This document shows, piece after piece, positions 25,934 to 34,153 of a DNA stretch of 39,289 nt. Each line of letters starts with the position of its first letter. Within the stretch, counting starts at the first letter, position 1. A model generated the notes under the pieces. It ran no database searches. It saw only the letters and a program-made list of their open reading frames with translations, and was not told the DNA's origin. A program made the position numbers and the translations under genes. The stretch is from a virus. Taxonomy: Duplodnaviria > Caudoviricetes. The stretch covers positions 1 through 39,289 of the IMG/VR virus record IMGVR_UViG_3300031965_001344; one strand, given 5' to 3'.

Positions 25934-26265
25934 TCCTTGTGACCCCTCAGTTCGTTCTCCATCAGCAGCGCGAGGTGGGCCTCGACCCGCTTGAGCCCGG
26001 CCCCCAACCCGCGGATCTCGGCGGCCGAGGTATGGACGTCGCCGCGGATGCCGGCGAGGTCCTCGCGCAGCTGACCCCAGGACTGGGCGGTCGGCACCGC
26101 CTTGATGGCCTCCTCCATCGATGCCAGCCGCAGATCGAGGTCCCGCACGCGCCGCTCGGTGACCGCCTGGCGGCGCGCGTGCAGGGTGTAGACCCAGGCC
26201 CCGCCCGAGGCCAGCATCGCCAGGGACGACATGGCGAAGCTCGCGGCCGTCCAGTCGATCGTCAT
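25930..26265 (-). CDS. DUF2730-like protein (Mu gp25-like; TM segment plus coiled coil)
   Basis: N-terminal hydrophobic segment, RL..ME....P, LLMENEL end. Confidence 0.8.
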   Translation of the reverse strand: MTIDWTAASFAMSSLAMLASGGAWVYTLHARRQAVTERRVRDLDLRLASMEEAIKAVPTAQSWGQLREDLAGIRGDVHTSAAEIRGLGAGLKRVEAHLALLMENELRGHKE

Positions 26266-26684
26266 ACGCGGCTCATCCCCAAATAGGTCGGCGGTGCCGT
26301 CTCCTTGAACTGGGCATGGACGCGGACGGCGGCCCATACCTTGGCGCGCTTATACCAGCCATCGCCGCTCGCTTTCATGCAACCGATCAACAGGTTGTCC
26401 CCGTCCTTGAGCGGCATGGCATTTTTTTCCCGCACCCAATCGTGAGCGAAACTCCCCCACCTGAGACCGCCCGTCGCCGGCGCGAAGGACCGCAGGAACG
26501 GCGGCACCGAAGGAGCGGCGGCGTAATCGACGGGAACTTCGAGGCGCCACCGACCGCCGTCCCAATCGAAGCTGATGATGAACGGCGCGAGCAGCACACC
26601 CTCGGCCTTCACCCCGTTCTTGCGGACGGCGTCGATGTGCTCCCGCGTGTCGAGCGGGGTCTCGAAAACGACGTTGTCGATCAC
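26262..26684 (-). CDS. DUF1353-like protein
   Basis: VP.DY...SVPPFL, AHDW, D....M, W.AVR. Confidence 0.75.
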   Translation of the reverse strand: MIDNVVFETPLDTREHIDAVRKNGVKAEGVLLAPFIISFDWDGGRWRLEVPVDYAAAPSVPPFLRSFAPATGGLRWGSFAHDWVREKNAMPLKDGDNLLIGCMKASGDGWYKRAKVWAAVRVHAQFKETAPPTYLGMSRV

Positions 26685-26700
26685 GGGGCCAGGCCCCCCG

Positions 26701-27138
26701 TCACGGGAGCGGGACGACGAGTCCGATCTTCAGCAAAAGATTCTGGATTTCCTGCTGGCTGTCGAACGCAAGCGCCCCGCAGGCGATCCGGAACTCGTCG
26801 GTCAATCCGCCGTCCGTCAGGCCGCGCCGCACGTTGCGCACGCGCTGGAACAGATAGACGCCGCCGCCATCGCCCGCCCCGTCGCCCTCGGGCCCCACCA
26901 GCGGCGGGTGCTCGACCAGCCATTTTTCGACGTGGGCGTAGCACCCATAGGCGATGGGATCGGTTTCGGGTGAGGTGATGGACTTGGCCGCCCGCACGTC
27001 GGCGAGGACGGTGTCGTAGCAGCCCTTGCTGGTCTGCACGCAGGCCTTGGCGACGGTCGCGCCCTTCTCGACGACGGCGGCGCAGCCGGTGAGCGAGGCG
27101 GCCAGGAGGATCACGCTGGCAAGAAAGGCTTTACGCAT
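26701..27138 (-). CDS. Lipoprotein in the lysis cluster (possible spanin-type function)
   Basis: MRKAFLASVILLAASLTG-C lipobox; AAGGA RBS. Confidence 0.7.
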   Translation of the reverse strand: MRKAFLASVILLAASLTGCAAVVEKGATVAKACVQTSKGCYDTVLADVRAAKSITSPETDPIAYGCYAHVEKWLVEHPPLVGPEGDGAGDGGGVYLFQRVRNVRRGLTDGGLTDEFRIACGALAFDSQQEIQNLLLKIGLVVPLP

Positions 27139-27448
27139 TGGAGTGTTCCTTCTCGGTTTCACGTTGCACGGCTTTCGCCAGGGCCTTGATCGCGGCCCCT
27201 TCCTCGACGGGCGGCGGGGGGGGCGGGTGTTCGCCGAAGATCACGCGGGCCACCTCCGCCGCGCCGCGCGCCACGATCAGCACGCCGACGATAAAGGCAC
27301 CCATGCGCAGGACGATGGGGCCGATCTCGGGGTGCCAGGGAAGCTGGCCTGTCAGGAGTGCGAGCGCCAAGGCGGCATAAGCGGCGGCGGCGGCGGTCGC
27401 CGGCGTCTTGAGACCGCGCTCGAGGATGCTTTTCGGGTCCATCATCAC
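27131..27448 (-). CDS. Holin-like membrane protein
   Basis: Two hydrophobic segments; directly after the endolysin. Confidence 0.6.
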   Translation of the reverse strand: MMMDPKSILERGLKTPATAAAAAYAALALALLTGQLPWHPEIGPIVLRMGAFIVGVLIVARGAAEVARVIFGEHPPPPPPVEEGAAIKALAKAVQRETEKEHSNA

Positions 27449-27449
27449 C

Positions 27450-27890
27450 TCACCGGACGTCGTTGAAGAACAGGTGCCCCGGGGTCTCGAAGCACGGCCG
27501 GAGCCCCGCGGCCCAGGCGGGCGGCTGGCGCATCGACCTGGCGTGGTAGTGGCCGGCTCCCTCGGTCGGGTCCTGCTCCTTGTCGAGGATGACCGCCAGG
27601 GCGGCGGCCAGGCATTCGAGGTACTCGGGGTGATCGGGCGGCATGATCATGGCGTAGCGGAGGTTCGGATCGCAGGAGTTGAGCCCGCTGAACTGCCAGG
27701 CATCGACGCAGACCGCGGCGATGGTGTCGTCGGGCACGGTGTCGCGCTCGCGGCTCCACCAGCCGGGGTTGGCATGCCTGTTGCGGATCACCCAGCCCAC
27801 CGCCACCTTGCCGATCCAGGGCTCTCCCCGCGCCTCGGCCACGATGGTCGAGGCCATCATGTGGATGTCGTGCTGGCTTACCGGGACCAT
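27450..27890 (-). CDS. Endolysin, SleB/Hydrolase_2 cell wall hydrolase
   Basis: TIVAEARGE...GKVAVGWVIRNR, QFS, DPT.GA.HYH, P.WA, H.FF; probable internal ATG at 27890. Confidence 0.9.
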   Translation of the reverse strand: MVPVSQHDIHMMASTIVAEARGEPWIGKVAVGWVIRNRHANPGWWSRERDTVPDDTIAAVCVDAWQFSGLNSCDPNLRYAMIMPPDHPEYLECLAAALAVILDKEQDPTEGAGHYHARSMRQPPAWAAGLRPCFETPGHLFFNDVR

Positions 27891-28385
27891 CCGCCGTTCC
27901 TGTTCCGCCGTCCTGATGCGCGCCTTCCGGCGCGGCGTGCCGATGCGCGCCTCGAGGCGCGACGGCGCGAGGGTAGCGGGGCCGGCGTCCTCTGGGCAGC
28001 GGCCCCGCGGTTCGGGGAGCCGGCCGGCCCTCCTCGCGGCGCGGCGCACGCGCCGGACGGTCTTGATATGGCAGTTGAGCTCCGCCTGGATCTCGCGGTT
28101 GTCGAGCCCCTCGGCGATAAGGGCCTCGATGCGCGCCCGGGCGTCGCGGTGGTCCCCGGCGGGCCCGAGCGGCACCGTGACGTCGCCGGGACCCAGCGCC
28201 GCGGCGACCGCGCGCGCCGTCTCGAGGCCGAGCGCCCGGGCCAGGGGATGGCCGCCCCGCACCTCGCGCGGGATGTAGATCTCCCGCCCGCCGAAATGCT
28301 TCGCCAGCGCCCGCGCCGCGTCCTCGCCCACCTCCTCGGCGAGCCGCCCGAGCAGGCCGGGGAATTCCGGCCGCCGGCCGCTCAT
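27450..28385 (-). CDS. Mor/C-like late transcription activator, reading in frame into the endolysin
   Basis: L....GEDAA..L..HFGGREIYIP (Mor signature) and C-terminal HTH (NREIQAELNCHIKTVRRV); no stop before the hydrolase domain. Confidence 0.8.
   Translation of the reverse strand: MSGRRPEFPGLLGRLAEEVGEDAARALAKHFGGREIYIPREVRGGHPLARALGLETARAVAAALGPGDVTVPLGPAGDHRDARARIEALIAEGLDNREIQAELNCHIKTVRRVRRAARRAGRLPEPRGRCPEDAGPATLAPSRLEARIGTPRRKARIRTAEQERRMVPVSQHDIHMMASTIVAEARGEPWIGKVAVGWVIRNRHANPGWWSRERDTVPDDTIAAVCVDAWQFSGLNSCDPNLRYAMIMPPDHPEYLECLAAALAVILDKEQDPTEGAGHYHARSMRQPPAWAAGLRPCFETPGHLFFNDVR
27970..28018 (-). promoter_or_regulatory. Putative Mor/C-activated late promoter of the lysis/packaging operon
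   Basis: TCCCCGAACCGCGGGGCCGCTGCCCA-N17-TACCCT, matching 16753-16801. Confidence 0.75.
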
Positions 28386-28900
28386 TCCGCCTCGCTCCCC
28401 GCATGGCGCGGAGGCGCGCCTGACGGCACGACACGTGGCGGGCACGCGTTCCCATGACGCCGGATCATGGCCTTGAGCGCCTCGACGACCTTGTTGGCGG
28501 CGCCGGGCGGCAGCCAGCGCAGGGTGGCGATCCCGGTGACGCGGCGGCAGAAGCGGTCGATCCCCGCGTCGCACGCCCACCAGGGGTCGCGCAGCGCGCC
28601 GTTCTCCCCGAGCCAGCGCCAGGCGGCACGGATCAGCGCCTGCTGGTCGCTCTCGCCGTCCCGCCGGTGGGCGGGGATCGCCGCCTTGACCGCGCGCCAG
28701 GGGTCGTTCACCCCCTGGAACGCCCCGTCCCGCTTCATCGCCTCGATCACCCGCCGGCGCTGCGGCCCGTCGAGATCCGCCGCCGACTCCCTGCCGGTCA
28801 CCGCCAGGAGAAGCGCCCGGTAGGTGCCGTCGTCGAGCCCCAGCGCCTTCTTGCCGACGTGGATCTTCGCGAGCTCGCGGTTGCGCGGCGCATCTGTCAT
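28382..28900 (-). CDS. gemA: GemA / Mu gp16 (DUF1018) regulatory protein
   Basis: LAKIHVGKKALGLDDGTYRALL...TG..S..DL and KVVEALKAM..R. Confidence 0.9.
   Translation of the reverse strand: MTDAPRNRELAKIHVGKKALGLDDGTYRALLLAVTGRESAADLDGPQRRRVIEAMKRDGAFQGVNDPWRAVKAAIPAHRRDGESDQQALIRAAWRWLGENGALRDPWWACDAGIDRFCRRVTGIATLRWLPPGAANKVVEALKAMIRRHGNACPPRVVPSGAPPRHAGSEAE
28403..28458. repeat. Divergently oriented micro-repeat units (27 bp minus, 24 bp plus) at the gemA 3' end
   Basis: Minus GTGCCGTCAGGCGCGCCTCCGCGCCAT; plus GTGGCGGGCACGCGTTCCCATGAC. Confidence 0.7.
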
Positions 28901-29184
28901 GCCAGCGCGAACAGCAGTTGCTCGGGCACCGGCATCCACACCCGCACCCGGTTGCCCGCCGCGTTGAGCTTCCGGCCGGCGAGGGTCACCCGCCCGAGCT
29001 CGACCAGCTCGCCGCGGCGCGGCGTCACCCGGTTGATGGTCCAGCCGAGATGGGCCGCGATGTCGGCGTCGGCCGGCCGCCGCCCCGCGGCGTGGAGCGC
29101 GGCGATCGCCGCGAGCACGTCCGTCTGCCGCGCGGTGAGATCGACCGTGTCGTAGGCGGCCAGCGATTCCGGGCGGACGGTCAT
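28897..29184 (-). CDS. Winged-helix DNA-binding protein
   Basis: RQ..VL, DIAAHLGWTINRVTPRRGELVELG. Confidence 0.75.
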   Translation of the reverse strand: MTVRPESLAAYDTVDLTARQTDVLAAIAALHAAGRRPADADIAAHLGWTINRVTPRRGELVELGRVTLAGRKLNAAGNRVRVWMPVPEQLLFALA

Positions 29185-29549
29185 TCCCGCACGTCACGCG
29201 GATGCGTGCTCCGCACGTCACGCGGATGCGTGCTCCGCACGTCACGCGGATGCGTGCTCCGCACGTCACGCGGATGCGTGCTCCGCACGACGATCAGGTC
29301 GGGGATGCAGTCGTCGCACAGCGCGAAGATCGGCGAGTGGGGGCCTTCGTCCCACAGCGCCACCCCCCTGACGGGGCCGAGGGCGACGACGTGGAGGACC
29401 GCGTCCCGGATTGTGAAGGAGGGCGTCTCGCGGGCGACCGGCGCGTCGCAGTAGGAGCACCGGAGGCGCGGCCCGAGCGGCCTCAAGCGGTGCTCGGGCA
29501 CCGTGAGGCCGAGGACGGGCGTTTGTCTGGGCCTTGCGTCGGGGATCAT
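29181..29549 (-). CDS. C4 zinc-finger protein (ClpX ZnF-like) with a repeat-derived tail
   Basis: LRCSYC...LCDDCI; C-terminal (VRSTHPRD)x4; ATGA overlaps. Confidence 0.7.
   Translation of the reverse strand: MIPDARPRQTPVLGLTVPEHRLRPLGPRLRCSYCDAPVARETPSFTIRDAVLHVVALGPVRGVALWDEGPHSPIFALCDDCIPDLIVVRSTHPRDVRSTHPRDVRSTHPRDVRSTHPRDVRE
29193..29288 (-). repeat. Four perfect tandem 24-bp micro-repeat units
   Basis: (GTGCGGAGCACGCATCCGCGTGAC)x4 on the minus strand. Confidence 0.97.
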
Positions 29550-29800
29550 GCCGCGATCTCCTCCTTGAGTGGAAAGGCCGCCTCCATCACGTCGCCGAGC
29601 GGCGGCAGCGCCGCCAGCCAGGCCCGCGGCAAGGGGCCCCTGGGCAGGCCGGCCCGCGCGGTCGCCGAGCGGTACTCGCCCGCCTCGTCCCGGAACAGGT
29701 AGAGATCCCGCCACGGGCCCCAGAGCGCCACGTGAAACAGCGGTGAGCCCGGCTCGATCAGCTCGATCTCGACCGCCACCGTCATCCTCGTCCGCTTCAT
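29546..29800 (-). CDS. Hypothetical protein
   Basis: GGAGG RBS; ATGA coupling downstream. Confidence 0.65.
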   Translation of the reverse strand: MKRTRMTVAVEIELIEPGSPLFHVALWGPWRDLYLFRDEAGEYRSATARAGLPRGPLPRAWLAALPPLGDVMEAAFPLKEEIAA

Positions 29801-29812
29801 CGCCGTCCTCCA

Positions 29813-30919
29813 TCACGCCCGCTCCCGGCAGTCGGGGCACGCCGTCTCGTCCACCCTGTCCGTTGCGAACACGGCGCCGCAGGCGCAGCGCCGGTTGACC
29901 TTCTTCGGGAGACGCTCCGCGGCCTGCGACCCGTCCCCAAACATGGCCCGCGGCGGCACATAGGGGCCGGGCGCCGGCACCGCCGGCACCCGGTCTAGAA
30001 TCCTTTTCGAGTCCTTGACCGCCGCGGGAGGGGTGCCATCCGCCGCGAGGCGCCCCAGGCCGGCCAGCACCAGCCGCCCGAAGGCGACGAACGTCACCGG
30101 CGCTCGGCCCTGGCCCACCATCTCGCGCGCGCGGTCGAGGCGTTTGGCGTTGGTCTCCTTCCCGAGCCAGGCCGCGACCTCCTGGTCCGTAAGGCCTGCG
30201 CCCTTCGGGTGGCGGAGCGCCCACGACACGCCCTTGACCGCCTCCGAGCGGATCTCCCCCGTTCGGTCGCCGGCGGCGTCGGCGACGAGCGTCAGCACGC
30301 GGACGGCGTGGTCCTCCGAGGTCCTGAGCAGCGCGCGGACGGCGCCGAGCGCCAGGGTCTGGCGCGGGGCCATCTGCCGCGCCTGGATCGTGTGGTAGGG
30401 GATGGTGACGCGGGCCGCGTCGCACACCCGCTTGACCGCGAGCGCCGAAGGCTCGCCGGCGAGGAGCTCGGCCTTGAAGCGCGCGTACTGGTCGAGGTTG
30501 ATGCGGTCGCGGTTGATGGCGACGAAGGCGGTGGCGGCGGCCGCGGCGCTCTCCATGGCGACGATCCAGCACGGCACCCGGGAGATCTCCGGGATCGTCC
30601 TGGCCGCCGCCCAGCGGTGCTGCCCGTCGAGGATCTCATAGCGGCCGGTCCCGTCCGCGGCCGGCGCGTCCTGCGGATGCGCGCCTGCGGCCGCGTCCTG
30701 AGGATGCGCGCCTGCCGGCGCGACCACGATGGGGGCGAAGGCGGCCCAGGAGAAGCGCTCGCCGATGCGCGCGACCAGGCTCCGGCCGCTTCGCGTGTTC
30801 AATTCCCGCTGGTAGTCGCGGTTCACCGTGAGGCTGTCGATGGGGAGCCAGTCGAAGCGGGGCTCGGGCCCGAGATCCCGCGCGGCGCGAGGGCGCGTCT
30901 GACGGGTCTGGGCCGTCAT
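29813..30919 (-). CDS. ParB N-terminal-domain protein with C-terminal Cys4 ribbon
   Basis: L.V...YQR, PIVV, YEILDGQHRWAAA, F..IN..R; CAC..CPDC. Confidence 0.85.
   Translation of the reverse strand: MTAQTRQTRPRAARDLGPEPRFDWLPIDSLTVNRDYQRELNTRSGRSLVARIGERFSWAAFAPIVVAPAGAHPQDAAAGAHPQDAPAADGTGRYEILDGQHRWAAARTIPEISRVPCWIVAMESAAAAATAFVAINRDRINLDQYARFKAELLAGEPSALAVKRVCDAARVTIPYHTIQARQMAPRQTLALGAVRALLRTSEDHAVRVLTLVADAAGDRTGEIRSEAVKGVSWALRHPKGAGLTDQEVAAWLGKETNAKRLDRAREMVGQGRAPVTFVAFGRLVLAGLGRLAADGTPPAAVKDSKRILDRVPAVPAPGPYVPPRAMFGDGSQAAERLPKKVNRRCACGAVFATDRVDETACPDCRERA
30668..30721 (-). repeat. Two 27-bp micro-repeat units in frame inside the ParB domain
   Basis: Encodes APAGAHPQD AAAGAHPQD between PIVV and YEILDGQHR. 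Confidence 0.85.
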
Positions 30920-31269
30920 GCCGTTCCTCCGGCGCGCGGATGCGCGCCTGACGGCACGTCGCGCGGATGCGCGCCTTGCGGCGCGACCACCCGGCCGAGA
31001 TAGGCCCGGCCCGCCTCCGTTACCTCGATCTCCGGCTCGGGCAGGGGCGGCGGCGGCCAGCAGAGGTGGACGCTCCGCGCCGCAAAGCGCCGGCGGGGCG
31101 TGATCCATCCCCGCTCCTCGAGCTTCGCGAGCAGCCACATGACCTGGCGCATCGACATGTCCATCTCGCGCGCCATCTCGACGATCAAGGGCGGGCGGCC
31201 GCCGGCGCGAAACAACTCGGCGATGACGCGCGCCAGGTCCGCCTGCGTCGGCGTGAGGCTCATGGGCAT
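30916..31269 (-). CDS. LexA/MarR-like winged-helix protein
   Basis: LTPTQ, PP...EMAREM, LL.KLEERGWI, I.VTEAGRAYL. Confidence 0.75.
   Translation of the reverse strand: MPMSLTPTQADLARVIAELFRAGGRPPLIVEMAREMDMSMRQVMWLLAKLEERGWITPRRRFAARSVHLCWPPPPLPEPEIEVTEAGRAYLGRVVAPQGAHPRDVPSGAHPRAGGTA
30931..30984 (-). repeat. Two 27-bp micro-repeat units
   Basis: GCGCCGCAAGGCGCGCATCCGCGCGAC GTGCCGTCAGGCGCGCATCCGCGCGCC. Confidence 0.9.
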
Positions 31270-32312
31270 GGGTCGTCTCCCTTTTCGTCGCGCGGATGCG
31301 CGCCCGACGGCGCGACGGCGGCCGGCGCCTCGTTGCCCCAGGCGTCCCAGCCGGGGCGGCGGGTGCGGGCGAAGAGCTCGAGATAGGGGCCGGGGAAAAG
31401 GCGCTCGACGCGCCGGGCGACCTCCTCCGGCTTCTCCGAATGCCGCCCGCGCGGCGCCATGACGACCTGCTGGACGCCGGCATCGAGGCGCTTCGGGCAG
31501 CCCCGCCGCGCATAGATGCAGAACTCCGCCTGCTCGCGTGTCGAATAGCCGAGGCCGCCCGGCGCCGGCGCTCCGCCCGCGTTTGTCTTGACCCAGACGA
31601 AGCCGATCTTGACGTACTCGAAGCCCCAGGCCCGCACGATCTCCCGCGCCGCGTCATACATTTCGTCGAGGAACCACAGGAAGAGCGCGCAGTCATCGGC
31701 GGCGAGATCCGCCACGGGGCGGTCGTCCGGTTCAAGCGCGGCGATCTCCCCGACGTTCATCACCGGATAATGATTGTCGGCCGACCTGTCCCGCCCGCGA
31801 GCCGACCATGTGCGGCAGAGCCAGGGTGGATCCGCCACAATCGCGCGGTACTGGCCGGGGAGCGGGGCCTCGAAGATCGTCGCCGCGTACGTCTGCATCC
31901 GATGATTGGCGAGCGCCCGGCGAAGATCGCTCCGGTGCATGCCGGGGTTGATGGTCCCGTCATCGGCCAGCCGCCCAAGGCAGTCATCGCCGAGGGTCGT
32001 CAGCTGATGGAGCGTGACCCACTCCGGCGGCAGCATCTCCCGACGGGCGAGCACTCTAAGCCGTTGATCCGTTGCGATTTTCATCAGCCGGCCCGCCGTG
32101 GATTGTCCAAACGGCAGGCGCTCGCAGAAGCGCCCCCATTCCCCCTTGGGCACGATCTCGCGGGCCCGCAACAGGGCGTCGCCGGCCGCGAGGATGGAAT
32201 CGACGGCGTAGCGCCAGTGCCGCCAGACGGCGTCGATGCAGTCCGCCGCGGACGTCAGATTCGGCGCTGGCGCCGAAAGTACCAAAATGGAACTATTTCC
32301 CATCGCGCTCAT
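31260..32312 (-). CDS. MT-A70 family adenine methyltransferase with N-terminal DUF3102-like domain
   Basis: IVADPPW, HYPVM, CALFLW, WGF.Y...FVWVK, GLGYSTR..AE, HSEKP, YLELFAR..RPGWDAWGNE. Confidence 0.92.
   Translation of the reverse strand: MSAMGNSSILVLSAPAPNLTSAADCIDAVWRHWRYAVDSILAAGDALLRAREIVPKGEWGRFCERLPFGQSTAGRLMKIATDQRLRVLARREMLPPEWVTLHQLTTLGDDCLGRLADDGTINPGMHRSDLRRALANHRMQTYAATIFEAPLPGQYRAIVADPPWLCRTWSARGRDRSADNHYPVMNVGEIAALEPDDRPVADLAADDCALFLWFLDEMYDAAREIVRAWGFEYVKIGFVWVKTNAGGAPAPGGLGYSTREQAEFCIYARRGCPKRLDAGVQQVVMAPRGRHSEKPEEVARRVERLFPGPYLELFARTRRPGWDAWGNEAPAAVAPSGAHPRDEKGDDPCP
31287..31313 (-). repeat. 27-bp micro-repeat unit at the methyltransferase C-terminus
   Basis: GCGCCGTCGGGCGCGCATCCGCGCGAC. 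Confidence 0.88.
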
Positions 32313-32836
32313 GCCGCCTCCCCGTCCTTCGTGTTTTCATGAGCCGCCAGCAGCGCGTCGACCAGCCTGTCGATCTCGCCGTCGGCGGCGCTCACCAGCA
32401 CCTGGTCGCTGTCCTCCGCCACGGCGACCCCGATCTTCTTGAGCTCGGCGCCGGTGAGGCGCGCCAGCGCCGGCTTGACGGGCGTTTCCGTGGTCCTCAC
32501 CAGCTCGTCGAAGCGTCCGGGAAGGTGCCGGCGGATGAGGGCGACGACGGCGCCCGCGTCCTCGAAGGAGATCTTCCCCTTGGCCTTCATCCAGCCGACC
32601 CGGATGCCGTGCAGGATGCGGGTGCGCGGGCGCTTGAACAGCGCCTTGTCCGTCTCCACGGCCGCTTCGAGCTCGAGTCGCGCATCGGCGGCCTGGGCCG
32701 CGGCGCGCTTGATCCCGGGGAGGTGCCGGCGCTTGATCGCCGCGGTCTCGTCCTCGAGGCCGCCCACGCGGCCGGCGAGCGTCCCCCGCGCCTCGGCGTA
32801 GCCCCTGGCCAGCCGCTCGATCTTCTCCATGCTCAT
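32309..32836 (-). CDS. gam: Host-nuclease inhibitor Gam-like protein
   Basis: Coiled coil, LFKRPRT..LHGIRVGW.K.KG, E.P.K.AL..L...ELKKIGV. Confidence 0.75.
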   Translation of the reverse strand: MSMEKIERLARGYAEARGTLAGRVGGLEDETAAIKRRHLPGIKRAAAQAADARLELEAAVETDKALFKRPRTRILHGIRVGWMKAKGKISFEDAGAVVALIRRHLPGRFDELVRTTETPVKPALARLTGAELKKIGVAVAEDSDQVLVSAADGEIDRLVDALLAAHENTKDGEAA

Positions 32837-33396
32837 TGTCCTTGGTCCTCCTCCTTGGTTGTGGCGGCGGCGCCTTCCGTTGCGCCTGCCGCCCCCTCCG
32901 TTGCATCGGTCTCCTCCCACCCGGCCTCCGCGAGGACCCGGCGCAGCGCCACGATGACCGCCTCCGCCGCCCGGCCGGGGCAGCGGATCGCCGCGGCGCG
33001 GGCGAGGCGGGCGACCTCCCGCTGCAGCGCCGTCATCGTGCCGTCCACGGCGTCCTCGAGGGCCTGGACGGAGTCGAATTCCTCGGCGATGCGGCGCTCC
33101 AGCGCGTCGAGGCGGGCCTCTAGCTCGGGCTCGCGCGCGAGCCTGCAGGCGAGCGAATCGCGGGCGTGCATGACGGTGGTGTGGTCGCGGCCGCCGAGCT
33201 CGCGGCCGATGACGGTGGTCGAGTGGGCGGTCAGTTTCAGCGCCAGATACACCGCCGCCTGGCGCGCCCTGTGGGCGTCGTCGGTGCGGCGCCGGGATTC
33301 GATGGTCATCACCGAGATGCCGAACTCGCGGGCGACGAACTGCTTGATCAGCGCCATCGTCGGGCGGCCCTTGATGCTGAACGACAGGTCCCTCAT
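32833..33396 (-). CDS. DnaA C-terminal (domain IV) HTH protein
   Basis: I...VA..FGI....I.S.RR.....ARQ.A.YL...LT..S...IGRELGGRDHTTVMHA. Confidence 0.9.
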   Translation of the reverse strand: MRDLSFSIKGRPTMALIKQFVAREFGISVMTIESRRRTDDAHRARQAAVYLALKLTAHSTTVIGRELGGRDHTTVMHARDSLACRLAREPELEARLDALERRIAEEFDSVQALEDAVDGTMTALQREVARLARAAAIRCPGRAAEAVIVALRRVLAEAGWEETDATEGAAGATEGAAATTKEEDQGQ

Positions 33397-33896
33397 CGCG
33401 GCTCCCCCGCCCGCCTGCCCGGCGGCCGTCCGGCCGGCGCCGGGCCCACCCCCACGCCGGTTTCGAGCACGCATGTCGTGCCCGCGGAATCGGTGACGGC
33501 GAAGGTCCAGGTCCGGCGACCGCCCGGGCTGACGAAGAGCTCGGCCCTGTGCCCGGCCATGGTCAGCCCCTCCAGCGCCGGCCGCTCGCCCCAGTCCTCG
33601 AGCAGGACCGCCGCGACGTGGGGCCGCGGGCCGCAGACGCGGCCCACGGTGCCCTGGCCCCAGACGGGCGCCAGTGTGGCGGCGAGGCCGAGGAGCACGA
33701 GGGCGGCGGCGGCGGCGTAGAGCCCGGCGAGCGTCCGGCCGCGCAGCACGCGGCGGAAGACGTCCCGGCCGGGGGCCGCGCTCACCGTCCCGCCCAGCGC
33801 CAGCCGCTCGGCGCGGGGGAGCCGCTCGCGCTGCCGCGAGGCACGCATTCGCATGTCGTGCCGAGCACGCATTCGCATGACGTGCCGCGCGCTCAC
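33393..33896 (-). CDS. Hypothetical membrane/exported protein (start uncertain; alternative 33785)
   Basis: Hydrophobic segment then CGPR..L...WGE..G...ELF..P..RTWT......C....G. Confidence 0.65.
   Translation of the reverse strand: MSARHVMRMRARHDMRMRASRQRERLPRAERLALGGTVSAAPGRDVFRRVLRGRTLAGLYAAAAALVLLGLAATLAPVWGQGTVGRVCGPRPHVAAVLLEDWGERPALEGLTMAGHRAELFVSPGGRRTWTFAVTDSAGTTCVLETGVGVGPAPAGRPPGRRAGEPR
33834..33881 (+). repeat. Two 24-bp micro-repeat units
   Basis: CCGCGAGGCACGCATTCGCATGTC GTGCCGAGCACGCATTCGCATGAC. Confidence 0.85.
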
Positions 33897-34153
33897 GCCG
33901 CCGGCCCCGGCGTGTCGACACCACGCCATCCCGCGCGCCCGGCGCGCGGGAACAGCACGATCTTGCCGTCGGCAAGGTCGTGGATCGTCAGCCGGGCCGC
34001 GGGCGCGACCTCGTGCGCCTCGATCTCCGCCACGCCGTCGGCGGCGGCGCGCAGCGCCCGCAGGCAGGCGTAGAAGGCGTCCTCGGTGAGGGTGCCGGCG
34101 CGGTAGCGCTCGTCGATGGTCCAGACGGTGTTCTTGATCGTCTCACTCAGCAT
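33893..34153 (-). CDS. Hypothetical early protein
   Basis: AAAGGAG RBS; GKIVLFPR C-terminal motif. Confidence 0.7.
   Translation of the reverse strand: MLSETIKNTVWTIDERYRAGTLTEDAFYACLRALRAAADGVAEIEAHEVAPAARLTIHDLADGKIVLFPRAGRAGWRGVDTPGPAA

Noticed and set aside
29193-29288. Tandem 24-bp repeats as a CRISPR array
   Set aside because: No spacers, no leader and no cas genes
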